A DNA stretch of 64,000 nucleotides from assembly GCF_009914755.1 (NCBI RefSeq), contig NC_060942.1; one strand, written 5' to 3'. The position numbers and the translations under genes are program-made. The stretch's first letter is position 1. The number at the start of each line of letters is the position of its first letter. The notes below the pieces were generated by a model. The model did not search any database, was not told the DNA's origin, and saw only the letters and a list, made by a program, of their open reading frames with translations. Below are positions 43,316 through 61,985 of this stretch, one piece after another. This DNA is from the human T2T-CHM13v2.0 reference genome, Homo sapiens.

Positions 43316-43377
43316 TACAAGTTCCAATTCTTAAGAACTTGTTAGGTACAAGTTCCAATTCTTAAGAACTTGTTAGG
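43316..43377. repeat. Perfect 31-bp tandem duplication
   Basis: tacaagttccaattcttaagaacttgttagg x2 (43316-43346, 43347-43377). Confidence 0.97.
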
Positions 43378-44642
43378 AACATATCAGCATGTTAGTATAA
43401 AAAGTATACCCCTACAAAAAGAGGAATTGTATAAATGCATTTGACCCTGGTAAGACTGTCAAAATAGAAGATGAGTAAAAATTGGGAAAAGTAGGAGCAG
43501 AAACCACTGAAGACAATTTTATCTAATGCCGACCCTGAACTTTGTTTGTGACTCAGTCTCAAAGTGTATCAGCAAGTGTCGACTACTCAGCATGAATATC
43601 TAATGTGGGAACTTTCTCAGGGAACATAAAATCAACAATGCAATGATAATCAGAACAAAATTGTAATGTGTACATATAATCAAGCATGGTGTCACCTTGT
43701 GTTTATATGGCATTATATTTTCTAAAAGTTTTCACATCTATGATATTATTTGTGCCTCTAGTTGTTTTGTGATGTAGTCAAAAGAGGTATCTGTTATCTC
43801 TGTTTTGTAAATAAGTCAACCCAACAATTCCTCCAAATTGTACTGAGTTATGCTGGGTCCTCTGCTTAGTCCCTTGGAAATACAATCATAAAGAGGACAC
43901 ATCTCTGCTCTCAGGTTATGCATAATATAGTGGGTCATATTAATTTTAAAAGCAATTTATTGTAGCAAAACATGATCATCTCTATACAAGTCATTTGCTA
44001 AGTTTTATGAAAGCCAGAGAGAACAAATCATTCTAATAGATTGTGGAAAAGGTTTTATAGAAAAAGTGGGGGGAAAACAGAGGCGTGACAATGCGGGTGT
44101 TTCAGGAAATGGTGTGACTACAGTCTAGTGGGTGGGGAAGTGACCGAAAATGAGACTGAGTCTGGACTGAAAAGTGACCTGAGTGACACACATAAAGGAA
44201 CTGAAACGTAGCAATCAGAAACCGCGGCGTCATGCTAACTTCTGTAACTCCAGCACCCAGCACAATTCCTCAGGCAAAGCAGGCTCTCAGTAACGCCTGT
44301 GACGTTAACACATTCCTGAGAGGAACATGGAGCCGCCGAGGAGCTGATGGAGAAAGCGGTGCACACAACTTCGCGTTTTGGAAAGATAATCTTGGTCACT
44401 GTACAGAACAAACTGGAGTGGCAAGGACATGGAAGACCTCCATCAGAATTGGAAAAATTAATTTCATCTATTATGTCCTATTATGTCCTAATGACAAGAT
44501 TTTCCCCTGACAGGCACCAGCAAAAATCAAACTACAAATGCCGGGCTAAACCAAGTCCAGAGAATTCCTGAGGTCCTGAGGACAGGGTCCCCCTAAGTAC
44601 TCCTCCTGCATTCATATCTTCTGTCTCAGGCCTGTGTCCCTT

Positions 44643-45343
44643 CACACACACACACACACACGGATACATGCACACACTGACACACTCACGTGCTCAAATG
44701 CATGAACCCACACATGCTGTCTCCCAAACATGCATGCACTCACACACACATGCAGTCTCACATATGCACCCACACATGCTCTAACACACATTCACACACA
44801 CAACATGCACCCACATACACATGCACCCACACACACATGCTCACAGTCTCAGACACACAATCACATGCATGTGCACACATACTCTCACATCCACGCACAC
44901 TCACACTCATGCACTTACACGTTATCACTCACATATGCACACTGTCTCACTCTATCTCAATCACATGCATGTGCACATATACTCTCAAACACACATCCAC
45001 ACACACGCATGCACTTACACATGCTCTCACACTCACATATGCACACATTCACACTTTGTTTCTCACACTCTCTCACACACACAATCACATGCAGGTGCAC
45101 ACATACTCTCAAACACGTATACATGCACTCACACACATGCACACACGCATGCACTTATACATGTTCTCACACATGCTCACATATGCACACACAATCTCAC
45201 ACAATCACATGCATCTGCACGTACTCTCACACTCGTACATGCATACACTCACATGCACGCACACATGCATGCGTTTACACATGCTCACACACATTTGCAC
45301 ACACTCTCACACACTCTGTCTCTCTCTCTCTCTCACACACATA
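44643..45343. repeat. ~700-bp degenerate CA/CATG-rich low-complexity tract
   Basis: Near-continuous cacacatgcac-type units ending in (CT)n; produces His/Thr-rich pseudo-ORFs in all three + frames. Confidence 0.95.
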
Positions 45344-46026
45344 CTGCATCTGGCGTGATCTCAAAACAGAGTGTACGGCCAAAGTCTAACATACCACCTG
45401 CTCTTTTACAGAAAAACTTTTTCATGCCCCCAGTCTAGTTGGAAAGACAGACATCAGACGAACATACAAATAAATGCACAGTTATGAAGTGCATGTCACG
45501 TTATGAAAAGGAAGCAACACACACAGGCATGGGAGAGAATGGCTGGGGCTGCAGCCAAGCAGAGGCTGTGTCAGGTTGGTGGTCGGGAAAGGCTCTCGGG
45601 CAGTGAAGTGTGTTCTGGAATCTGCAGAAGCAGGAGGCTGTGGCCACATGCAGGGTGTGGCCAGGTGTGTGAACGAGCAGTCCAGGTGGATAGGAGAGCA
45701 GGTGCACAAAGTCAGAGACTTTGTGGAAGTTTTTCAATCATTGTAGCTGGATACATTGAGGGGAGATGGAAACAGAAAGATGTAGAGATGAGTGGGGTGG
45801 GAGTACATTTGCCTTATATACTTCCTGGTACAATTCTAAGAGCGATTGGAGATTGTTAAGCACCAGAATGATATAATCAGATTTCAATTATTAGAAAGAT
45901 AACTGACCATCACCCATTTCACTTTCCTCACTCCTAGCAGTACTGTACCTGAGTTTGAGTATCCACCCCTTTCCACACGCCACAGAGATATTATGACAAA
46001 TAGAAGCTATTGTACTGAAAACTATG

Positions 46027-46029
<3 letters not shown>

Positions 46030-46071
<42 letters not shown>

Positions 46072-46330
46072 GTGGGGACGTGCTATGTTGTCCAGGCTGA
46101 TCTCAAACTCCTGGTCTCAAGTGACCCTCCCACTTCAGCCTCCTGGGTAGCTGGGACCCAGCTGAGCCACCACACTCAGCTAATTTTTTAAAATTATTTT
46201 TTTTTTGGAGACAGGGTCTTGCTACATTGCCAAGGCTTGCTTGGAGCTTCTGGACTCATGTAATTTTGCACTTGTACATGTTGGCCTCCTAAAGTGTTGG
46301 GAGTACGGGCATGATCCACCATGCCCAGCC
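46030..46330 (-). mobile_element. Atypical Alu-family dimer (FLAM_C-like + FLAM_A-like) with a (CA)n tail
   Basis: Two left-arm-type monomers; (TG)n at 46032-46066; exact 14-bp TSD tgaaaactatgatt (46016-46029, 46331-46344). Confidence 0.8.
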
Positions 46331-46649
46331 TGAAAACTATGATTGATTTGAGGGGTCAGAGAAGCCAACTATGGCCTGAGTTGGCCCATCAGAGTGAAGG
46401 AAGTTATTCACATTCCATGCCAGAAAAACAGCATGGAATGTGAACAATTTCTCTTCTCTCCATCCTTGTTTCTATCTTTATCTCCTCTCATTATGCATGA
46501 ACAAGAATGCTGTCCTGGTTACCACAGGCAGCCATATTGAAGGAAATCAGCCTGAGGACAAACAGGGTGGTAGAGAGAGACAGAATGAATGTGGGGCTCA
46601 GATGGCATTACTGAGCTACTGAATCCACCAACTCTGAAGTCTGAACATA

Positions 46650-49135
<2,486 letters not shown>

Positions 49136-50638
49136 AATTGTTACTAGTGAATAGTATGAGTCCACATTCACCCCAGGTCTTACCAATGAATGAGGCCACC
49201 CCATCTTGCTGTTGGCCACGTATTAATTGATTTCATTTGATCCCCCAACCACCCCGGTCCAAAGATGCCAAGTACATTCTAAGAATACAGTACATTAGCA
49301 TAGTACAGTCTAAGCATAGAGTCCACAGACACACTCTGTCACAACTTTGTGATAACAGCTGGAAATCAATAATGCAAAAGATCATGATAGTCGAGGTTGT
49401 CAGATAAATGATTTAAGATATTTTTAAAAATCATTATGTGCTTATTAAACAAATGCCAAAACATATCTATTTTCTGAGGGAGGGGTCAGGGTTGGGTAAA
49501 GTGGGGTAGAGGTGCAGGTAGAGAGGTAGAAGGGCTGAGGGCCAAGCAGGCATCTGCAACACCGTGCTGCATCAAATCCTAAAGGAAATGAGATGAAACC
49601 TAGCATCATCCACTCTCGGTGGTTTCTATGATCAGGCCCAAAGTGAACTTCCTCACCCAGGATAAAGAAATGAGGTTCATGGGAGGAGGACTGGAAAAGG
49701 GGTACTAACTGGTAATAACTTGTAGGAACTCCTTATTCCCAAGGCATCCAGAGCCAACTAGTCAAGAGATGAAGAGAACTTGTGTATTTGCACCCTGGAA
49801 TTGAGGGTCCTAGAGGTCACAGATTCGAATGAAAGGGGCAGAAAGACTTGCAGCTGAAGACAAAGTCCAGCTGTTACGACTTTGCTAGAGATGAGCCCTA
49901 TTTATCAACATCTAACCAAAGACAAATAGAGACAGCGCTTGAGCTATTTTTGTTGTGTCAGCAGCCATTTTTTGCATGATTTATGAAGGGATTTTGGCTT
50001 GAGGTTTTTTTTCTAATAGAGCTGTCTGTATAAAAGAGCTTTGTCCTCAAGGAAGTCATTAATCAAAATATTACTGGATTTCTCTACTATTAAAAATGTC
50101 TCAGCTAACCACATGAGCATGAATTCATCTCACAAGCTTGCCTCTGAATGCAGACTCCTAGGTGGCCTGGGTGGGTGGGGACGGGGAACACTCTTCAGCC
50201 ACACTGTTCTTCTTCCTGTAGGCTGTCCACCCAGGTAGAACCTTCCCTGTCACCTCAGTTTCATTGTTTCTGCTACCTACAATATGTCCTGCTTCCCCAG
50301 ATGTCTCTATGGTTTCTGAGCATTGGGAGGAGTCTCCTAGTGTCTACTCAATGACCCCACCTTCCCCAGTTTATGCAAAAACACCTGATGTGTGTGATGG
50401 AGAATCTGCTCTGATACCTTTCGACACTTGCTTGGAAAACTATTCACATGCTGGAAAGCAGAGGACTGTGAACAGAAAATCTAGCTAAACTCAGAACAAG
50501 TGACTGGGGCTGGGAAGATTATAGTGTGAGAGGTCGTTTGCTCCCTCCACTCCTTCTCAGATGCGAGGGTTTGCCTGCCTTCTGCTGGGATGCCCCAGCT
50601 GTTAAGAGGCTCATACTTCCAGTAAGATTTCCACAGGA

Positions 50639-50939
50639 GGCCGGGTGCGGTGGCTCACGCCTGTAATCCCAAAGTGAAGGCCGAGGCGGGCGGATCATGA
50701 GGTCAGGAGATCGAGACCATCGTGGCTAACACGGTGAAACCACGTCTCTGCTAAAAATACAAAAAATTAGCCGGGTGTGGTAGCGGGCACCTGTAGTCCC
50801 AGCTACTCAGGAGGCTGAGGCAGGAGAATGGCGTGAACCCGGGAGGCAGAGCTTGCAGTGAGCCGACATCGCACCACTGCACTCCAGCCTGGGCAAAGGA
50901 GCGAGACTCCATCTCAAAAAAAAAAAAAAAAAAAAAAAA
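50639..50939 (+). mobile_element. AluY
   Basis: gatcgagaccatcgtggctaacacggtg...gaatggcgtgaacccggg...gcttgcagtgagccga; A25+ tail; TSD atttcc(a/t)cagga. Confidence 0.95.
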
Positions 50940-51170
50940 ATTTCCTCAGGAACACAATAGTCTGGGTTTCTGCTCCCTTCCTCAAATAATCTCATTAAGA
51001 GAACCTTTCCAATGTGGGCCACATGGTCTCCTCTAGACCACGATACCCTTAGAACCTTGGCAAGTCATACACATGTCCCCAGGAGTGAGGCTACTGCTGA
51101 GTGACCAGTAGAACCCCACTTCCAGTCAACGCAAAGACTCCAGTTGGGGTTCAGCAGGGATCCTCTAAGA

Positions 51171-51398
51171 CAGGGTTCTGAAACTATGGCCTGAGGGCTG
51201 GGCGCAGCCCACTGATTTCCATAAACAGTTTGGTTGGAGACAGCCATGCTCACTTGGTTACATACCATCCACCGCTGTTTTTGTGCTGCAATGCTGGAAC
51301 CAAGAGGTGTTAGGTCACAACTGACAGACACCACACGGCCCACAAAGCTGTAAATATTAACTATCTGGCCCTTTACAGAAAAAGTTTCCCAACCCTTG
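51171..51398 (+). mobile_element. MER58A-like hAT-Charlie element
   Basis: cagggttctgaaactatggcc...aaatattaactatctggccctttacagaaaaagtttcccaacccttg. Confidence 0.85.
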
Positions 51399-51803
51399 AG
51401 TAGGATAATAAATCTTTGGATCATGGACATTTATTATTTAAGTTCATCCTTGTTCAGTCTTGCTGGAGAGAAGGAAGATTTAAGCTTGACAGACCAGATG
51501 CCGGTAAAATTAGCTCAGTTTTCTTATTCTCAAGAACTTTACGATCAGATCTATTATAAATACAATTCTAGAGACAGACTGAGAAAAAGTACTTAACTGG
51601 CACCCTTTTACTACAAACTGCACCCCTCATTAAACTAACAGTTCACAGAACACCGAGCACTTAACTTACTCCAGCTTTTTCCGGCAACTCTCTTGTCCTG
51701 CTGCATCAACTTGCCATGGTTTCACTGGCACCCTTTCGCACACGATTCATTTAAAAAGTTGAGCTCAGACACATCCAGTCTTTTTTCTGAGAAGGTTACT
51801 AAC

Positions 51804-52000
51804 CTTGAGATGTGAGTGCTGCTCGCTCTAACGCTTCTTCCCATCTGCGTCTTGGTTAAGGACTTTTATCGTATCCTGTTTATCGTGGCCTCCTAGCCTC
51901 AACACCCTCTTGGTCACTGCAAGCTCCCCGCTGCTCCCTCCCTTAATTAGCACTGCAGGAGCTGAGGGGAGCGTTCAGCCCACTCGGGAGCTGACTCTGC
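51804..52000 (-). other. CD226: CD226 putative non-coding first exon (5' end approximate)
   Basis: Minus strand ...GCAGATGGGAAGAAGCGTTAGAGCGAGCAGCACTCACATCTCAAG|GTTAGT. Joined to AACCAGCC... it reproduces the CD226 mRNA leader as I recall it. The region is locally CpG-richer unique sequence. The start site cannot be fixed from sequence. Confidence 0.75.
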
Positions 52001-52620
52001 CCATGCTCTTGAGCTCTTCTCTCTACCAGAACTTCCTCAGATAGCAACTGAAGTGAATCACTAATATTTCATGAAGCGGGGTTTTTTGAAGTCAAGTTTA
52101 CCTGCTTCTGGAAGCAACTTTACTATTGCAGCTACTCAGACTCATTCCAAACTCAGATAAAGTTCTGTCCCTCTTTTCCCCCAAAGAATCTATAATTTGA
52201 AAGGACGCACTTCTCCTTTGTTCTAGCTCTAAATAGAAACTACACTCCCCGCCGAAATCAGTTTGTTTCTTTGCCTTTTCTTCCTCGTGTTTTTTCCTGC
52301 CAATCAAAGCACATTAGATTCAGCCCTCTTTTTAAGTCAAGAGGCTTCCTTATCTCTGCCCATATCCAAGTATGTTTCGGTCTTACTTTCTAGATACTCT
52401 TTTTTTTTTTCTTTGTCTCCCATTCTCCGACAGAAAAAGTACACAAGTCGGTGTTTCCTGAGAACGAACCCTGCATGTTTAGCAGCTTTTGTCTCTTAGA
52501 AACACTAGGTTTTTTGCTGCACCAGGCCATGGCAACGTTAGTTTTATTGATTCCTTTGATTTATTAGGTTATGGAGGTTCCCTGCTGGTTAAACCACCAT
52601 GAAGGATTGTGGCTGAGGCT
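51850..52620 (-). promoter_or_regulatory. Candidate distal CD226 promoter
   Basis: Repeat-free sequence upstream of the exon-1 donor with several GATA-like (CGATAA x2 near 51865-51885; AGATAA near 52155 and 52350), ETS-core (TTCC), GC-box (CCCCGCC ~52246) and RUNX-like (AACCAC ~52592) motifs. Confidence 0.5.
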
Positions 52621-53834
52621 TTAGTGTGTAAAATTCATAGAAAGACTAGGAAGGAAGGACGTTTGACAGGTGAGAAGGCACTCATGGGGCTGCCCTACCC
52701 TGCACATTTAATTATGCATCGCAGGTACAGGACTGGTCTCTTCTGCTGGACCACCGCATATACGAAAGCAAGGGAGAAGAAAGTGCAATACTGCCTCTCA
52801 AGACACAAGTGTTTACTAAGACTTATTGTGGGCCAGAGGTAGCCAGAGTAGCCTTCTCAAACACCTGCCTGACTCTCGTCACTCCCTTCAATGCCTCACT
52901 GTCCCCAAGAGAATATCCAAATGTCTTACTGACTTGCAAGGCCTGCGTCATTGATGACTGCCATTTTCCCAGTGTTATGTCTTATAAGTCTTCTGCTCAC
53001 TCCTAGCCTTTATTGCTCATCCAACTTACATTGTGTAATTTGAGGACAATGCTCTAATGGGGCAGGGCCTTTGCACGTGGAGTTTCCTCACCTCTTATTC
53101 CTCTCCCATCCAGCAGGTCTCAGCTCCAATGTATCTTATACTCTCCCTGGGGCCCACATCTGTCCTGTGAGTTTCCTGAGAACCCCAAATATGTCCTCAC
53201 TGAAATACTTGCCACATCCTATTATGCCTATTCACTCGCTGCATTTTTTACTAGAGCCTGACAGGCACTTCCAGGCCCAGGTAAAGTCTCTTATCCCTGC
53301 TCTATCAGATCCTTGCACAGGGCCCTTGACCATGCCAGGTGCTCAGTCAGCACTTGTAGAATAGGACGAAGCCATGCAATGACTTCCATCTGTAAGGTTT
53401 CCATATTGTGATCACAATCCCAATTCCATCTTGTTTCCAATCTGCCATCGTTGGGGCTGCTTTTTTGCCTCAATTTTCGATTTTCTCAAGGAAAAAGACA
53501 AAAACAGTCTTGACCCAAAACACCCACTGATTTTTGCAGGACACACCCAAAGACAAGTTTTCTTTTGAGTCAAAACTCTTCCTCAAAATTATTCAGTGGG
53601 CCCTGAAGTGAACCTCACACATCGGCTGAAACAGTCACCGTCTACCCACGTGGTTCACAATAGGGTGAATGCAAATCCTATCTATCGTGACAGTAGCTGC
53701 TGCTCATACCTACAGGGACCTAGCTTGAAAGTATCTTTTGCTTACTCCCTGACTCACAAAATGCAGATTGATACAGGCTGGGGGGTTTTCCCAAATTAGT
53801 TTTTCATGGTCACTCCCTAATTCAGTGTTCACAG

Positions 53835-53837
<3 letters not shown>

Positions 53838-53875
<38 letters not shown>
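53838..53875. repeat. (CA)n microsatellite
   Basis: About 18 perfect CA units. Confidence 0.95.
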
Positions 53876-53876
<1 letters not shown>

Positions 53877-54836
53877 CCTTCTCCTTATCACCCATAATAA
53901 AGCTATTGCTATTTTGTTTTTTATTTTTATTATTTAGCTATTGCTATTTTTAAGGGAGGCACAATGGAGATACCTTTTGTTGTTTCTCTGTAGAGGTTTA
54001 TCCTCTCTGGTTTATTTAGCTTCCTCTTGGAGGCTCTCGAAATATGGTAATAAATACAAAGAACCCAAGACTTAGCTTTGAATCATTTCCAAAGAAACAC
54101 AGGCATCCCAGTATCTTGGCCCCAAGGATGCAACATTGTTCCCCCAACATGGTAACTACAGAATTTTACTCAGCAAACAGGGGAAATGTTGAAATATCAC
54201 ATGATCGATAATAAATTACAAAACAAACAATAAAAATAACCTGAGACAAATTAAATTGCCCTATCCCTCCAGAGAACAGATGTCCTAAATGTTCTAACCA
54301 GCAGAACAAATGGACGTAAAGAGGGAAAGCAGTGAGATAGAATGAAGATTACCACTCAGAGATCAACAAGAGCCCTCTCTCCAACATTTTTTCATGACCC
54401 TTGCAAAAGGCTTTTTGAACAACTTAAAGCAAAGACACTCTTCAACCTTACCAGTTGCTGACAGAAGCAGGAAACAGCAAAAGTCATCACATCCCTAGTT
54501 GCAGCATCGCATCAGCTACCTCCTTCCTCTTTTTTTCTAAGGTCACCAAGGCACTAACTTGCTGTTCTAACAAAGGGTAAGGAAAGAAAGAATCAAGCAT
54601 TTGCTCTGCCTTTCCTGTACAAATTATAATTCAAGGTGACCCGAGTTTCTCTTTATAGGAAAATTCAGCTACTAAGTGGAAAAAAAAATCAGTTATTTTT
54701 TAAGTCACCATTTTGCAACCCCTATTAAAATAATAGATGGAGACAATTGTTAATAGATGCTAAAACCATGAGGTGGAAGGTTAATGGGGAACCCTATGAT
54801 GAAACGTGCTGCTGACTGACGATACCTGAGCCCTCA

Positions 54837-55358
<522 letters not shown>

Positions 55359-55491
55359 CTACGAGACCACAAGGAAGCAACGAACTGAACATAGAAAGCA
55401 GGAGCTACTGCAGAACAAACATCTCAGTTTCCTCCAGCAACAAAAGGCAATTATGATGAACACAACCAGTAAATGCCAAAAAGATACTTGA

Positions 55492-55800
<309 letters not shown>

Positions 55801-55809
55801 TGATAATTT

Positions 55810-56380
55810 TAAATATCCTTTCCTGGGAAAGACTTACAGCAATTTTACAATTTCATCAGCATGATAAAGAAAATTTATGAGAAACTAACAGCAACCTTGA
55901 TAGTGAGACACTAGAAAAATCTCAATTCAATTTTGAAATAAGACAAGGATGGCCACAATCACTGTCAATATTTAACATATTCTGGAGGTTTTAACTAAAT
56001 GTAATGGATTTTAAAAAGGAATAGGAGCTGTAAACCTTGAAAATTATTTAAAATGTAGGATTTGTAGGTGATCCACCTAGAGAACATGGTCAAATAAAAC
56101 AGAAAAGAATTTAATAAGCTGCCTAGCAAAATAATTTTATAAGACTCAGTAGCTTTATTGTATATCCTATCCAAAAGAACAGCAAAATTTACACGTGTAT
56201 GTATATGTAGGTATAATTGTGTGCCTGTGTGAATATACATGAATGTACCTCAAGAATTTGTAGGATTTAAACAAAGAAATTTGCTAATTTATCAAAGGAA
56301 ATAAAAGAAGTCTTGAATAAATGGAGGTATGTCCTATGCTCCTCTATGGCAAGACCCAATTTTGAGAATGCATCAAAAAT
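55810..56380 (+). mobile_element. Old L1M ORF2 remnant
   Basis: aacagcaacctt...ataagacaaggatggccac...gaaataaaagaagtcttgaataaatggag. Confidence 0.55.
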
Positions 56381-57608
56381 ATTTTTTTAGTTACCTGGAA
56401 TTTTATACTCTTTTACATTATTAAGCAGGTCAGGCTATGAATGGCTATTCATGAGGCACTTATCGACGGCACTCTGCAAAAAGGTCTTCACCTAGTATAT
56501 TGTGGAAATGTTATATGTTTGCACAATCAATCATTGAAGACCTTTTACAACACACATATCCCCATGAAAGTAAGCAATGGATGAACTGCTGTGAAAGGTG
56601 CTCCCTGGAGCAGAAATCCACACCCTGGTTCTTACCTGGTTTTAGCATTGCCAAGGGCCCAGCAAACTTCACCCACGACTCCCTTGGCCACTGTTCTTTT
56701 CTTCCTCCACTGTTTTTAGTCCCCCTCTCTTGAGGGTCTCAAGGTTTCAAGGAAATAAGTACTTACACACACACCTTAAGGACTCCAGACCTCAAGCATC
56801 AGGCCCGGGTAAGTGCTAAGTTCTTCTTTGGGAATTTTTCTAAATGACACCAGGAAGCAGCAGCCAGCAGTACAGCTATATGGACAAACAGGGACTTGCA
56901 GATACCCACTATCTCTTTCCCCCAGTCCCAGTTCCCTGACAAAGCTCATGCCTTTCTCCTCTGCATTCCACATCCCTTTCTGCTGCAACTATTTGATAAC
57001 ATTGCACACTGCATTGTGGCTACTTAGTAAAGTGGGCGAGAGCTGCCATCCTGTAAGTATAAGAGTGTGAGCTTTGCAGAGAGACTTGGGTTCAAATCCT
57101 GTTCCACGCCTGGCTAGCTGTGGGACCTCCAGTCCTCAGCACATTGATGGCAGCGCAGATCCCAGCTAGGCCACAGCTGATCGTCCAGGAAGGCAGCCCC
57201 CACCTCATGTTACCCGTGGCCCAGTGGGCTCCACTCTTGTCGGGGTCCACTGAGGGTCTTTTAACACTCTCAGTGTCAAAAAGGTTGTTTTGCCTCCTGA
57301 GCTCTCAATACTGCTGTATCTCAGATTATTTAAAGAAAATTTCATTTTCCAAAATGGCAGAAACCTCATATTGTTTAAATTAAGATATATTCTTTCTAGA
57401 ATATTTTACTGAGAACATTTTCATCTGCAATTGGACAATGTAGCTTATATCTGAACTGCTTAGTTAGCATCTACAGAACAGTCACTGTCCCCAAAACCCA
57501 CCACCTTAGCAAGGTGCCTGAATGAGGGAGGGTCTCCAGCCTCAGCCACACATTGGCTGCACCTCCCTGGAATCTGAATCTGGTACAATGTTATCTAATG
57601 TGGTTAAG

Positions 57609-57734
57609 ATCACATCTCTCGGGCTCCCTGAATCCAGTCCAATATACACCTTGTTGTATTTATTAACAACCTGGCATTTCACTCTCCAAAGTGTCTTGAT
57701 TTGGGTGACAAACTCTATGGTCACCCTAAGAGCC
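57609..57734. repeat. 126-bp dispersed direct repeat, copy 1
   Basis: Ungapped match to 61860-61985; 14 mismatches by manual count (about 89% identity). Confidence 0.93.
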
Positions 57735-58554
57735 ACCAAGGGGGCTGTGGGTTTGAAGGAAACCCCTCAGTTCTGGGAAAACCAGGACAGTGGGTCATCC
57801 TTGATATAGCAGTGACCAGGACTCCCTGGGTCCAGCCCACATTCCCTCATGGCCAGCTCTCTTGAGGGGATGGGGTATGTCTTCTACCCACTCCTCAGTA
57901 AGGATTGCCCTCAGCTATCAGAAAGCATCTAACAATTCTGGCTTTAAAGGGGAGCAGGGCCAGAGTCTCACCCTCCTCTTCCTAGGACATGTGGCCTATT
58001 TGAAAAGTTGCCTCCTTGGCCCCAAAGACTACACGGATTCAGGAAGGGCAGGCTGCATCAGCCGGAAAAGGTCCTTCCATAGACTTACCCCAGGCAAGGG
58101 CATTTATTCACCCCTACCTGCACCTGCTTGAGGCAGTCAACAGTGGTTCCGAAAACCAAAGAGTGTGCTGAGGGAACCAGCTCTTTCATCCACTGGAGAA
58201 AGAAGAAGACAGCTCATTTTATAAAATAAACAGATAAACCAATATACATATAAATACTTTAAATTCTTCCTAACCTGCTGGCACACTCCATGTAAAGTTG
58301 TGCCCTTTGTCTTATGTTTGTATTTTGTGTTCGTCTCTGGACCCTCCAACTTGAATATGTGTTCCTTGATGTGAAGACTGCCTCGTTCACCACTGTAACA
58401 AACCAACCAACTGTCTGTGTTTGCCTGATGCCACGTAGTTTCCCAGGACTCAAGACTTTGAAGTGCTGACTCCAGGACATCCCCAGGCAAACCCAGACAG
58501 CTGATCACCCTAGCTGTATCCCCAGTGCCAAGAGCAGTGCCCAGCATATAGTAA

Positions 58555-61663
<3,109 letters not shown>

Positions 61664-61859
61664 TAAAGAGCGGGAGGGAAGTGCCAAAATGCCCAATAAG
61701 ATCTTAATAAATACAAGTGCTGGCTCAAAGGTAGAGCTTAAGGCTTTCTCCTGCTGGGCCCTCACTCCATCCCAGAAGGAGATAGAATGCCACGGTTGAC
61801 CAGATGCACCAGCCTGCCTCCTGCAAAGCAGCACCATCCTCTCTGTCTATGCTTTCTGC

Positions 61860-61985
61860 ATCACATCGCTTGGGCTCCCTGAAACCAGTCCAATATTCAC
61901 CTTGTTGTATTTATTACCAAGCTTGCATTTCATTTTCAAACGTGTCTTGATTTGGATGACAAACTCTACGGCCACCCTAAGAGCC
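61860..61985. repeat. 126-bp dispersed direct repeat, copy 2
   Basis: See copy 1. Confidence 0.93.

Noticed and set aside
44690-45438. Three overlapping 205-222 aa His/Thr-rich ORFs
   Set aside because: Stop-poor CA-rich low-complexity DNA open in all frames; no coding signature.
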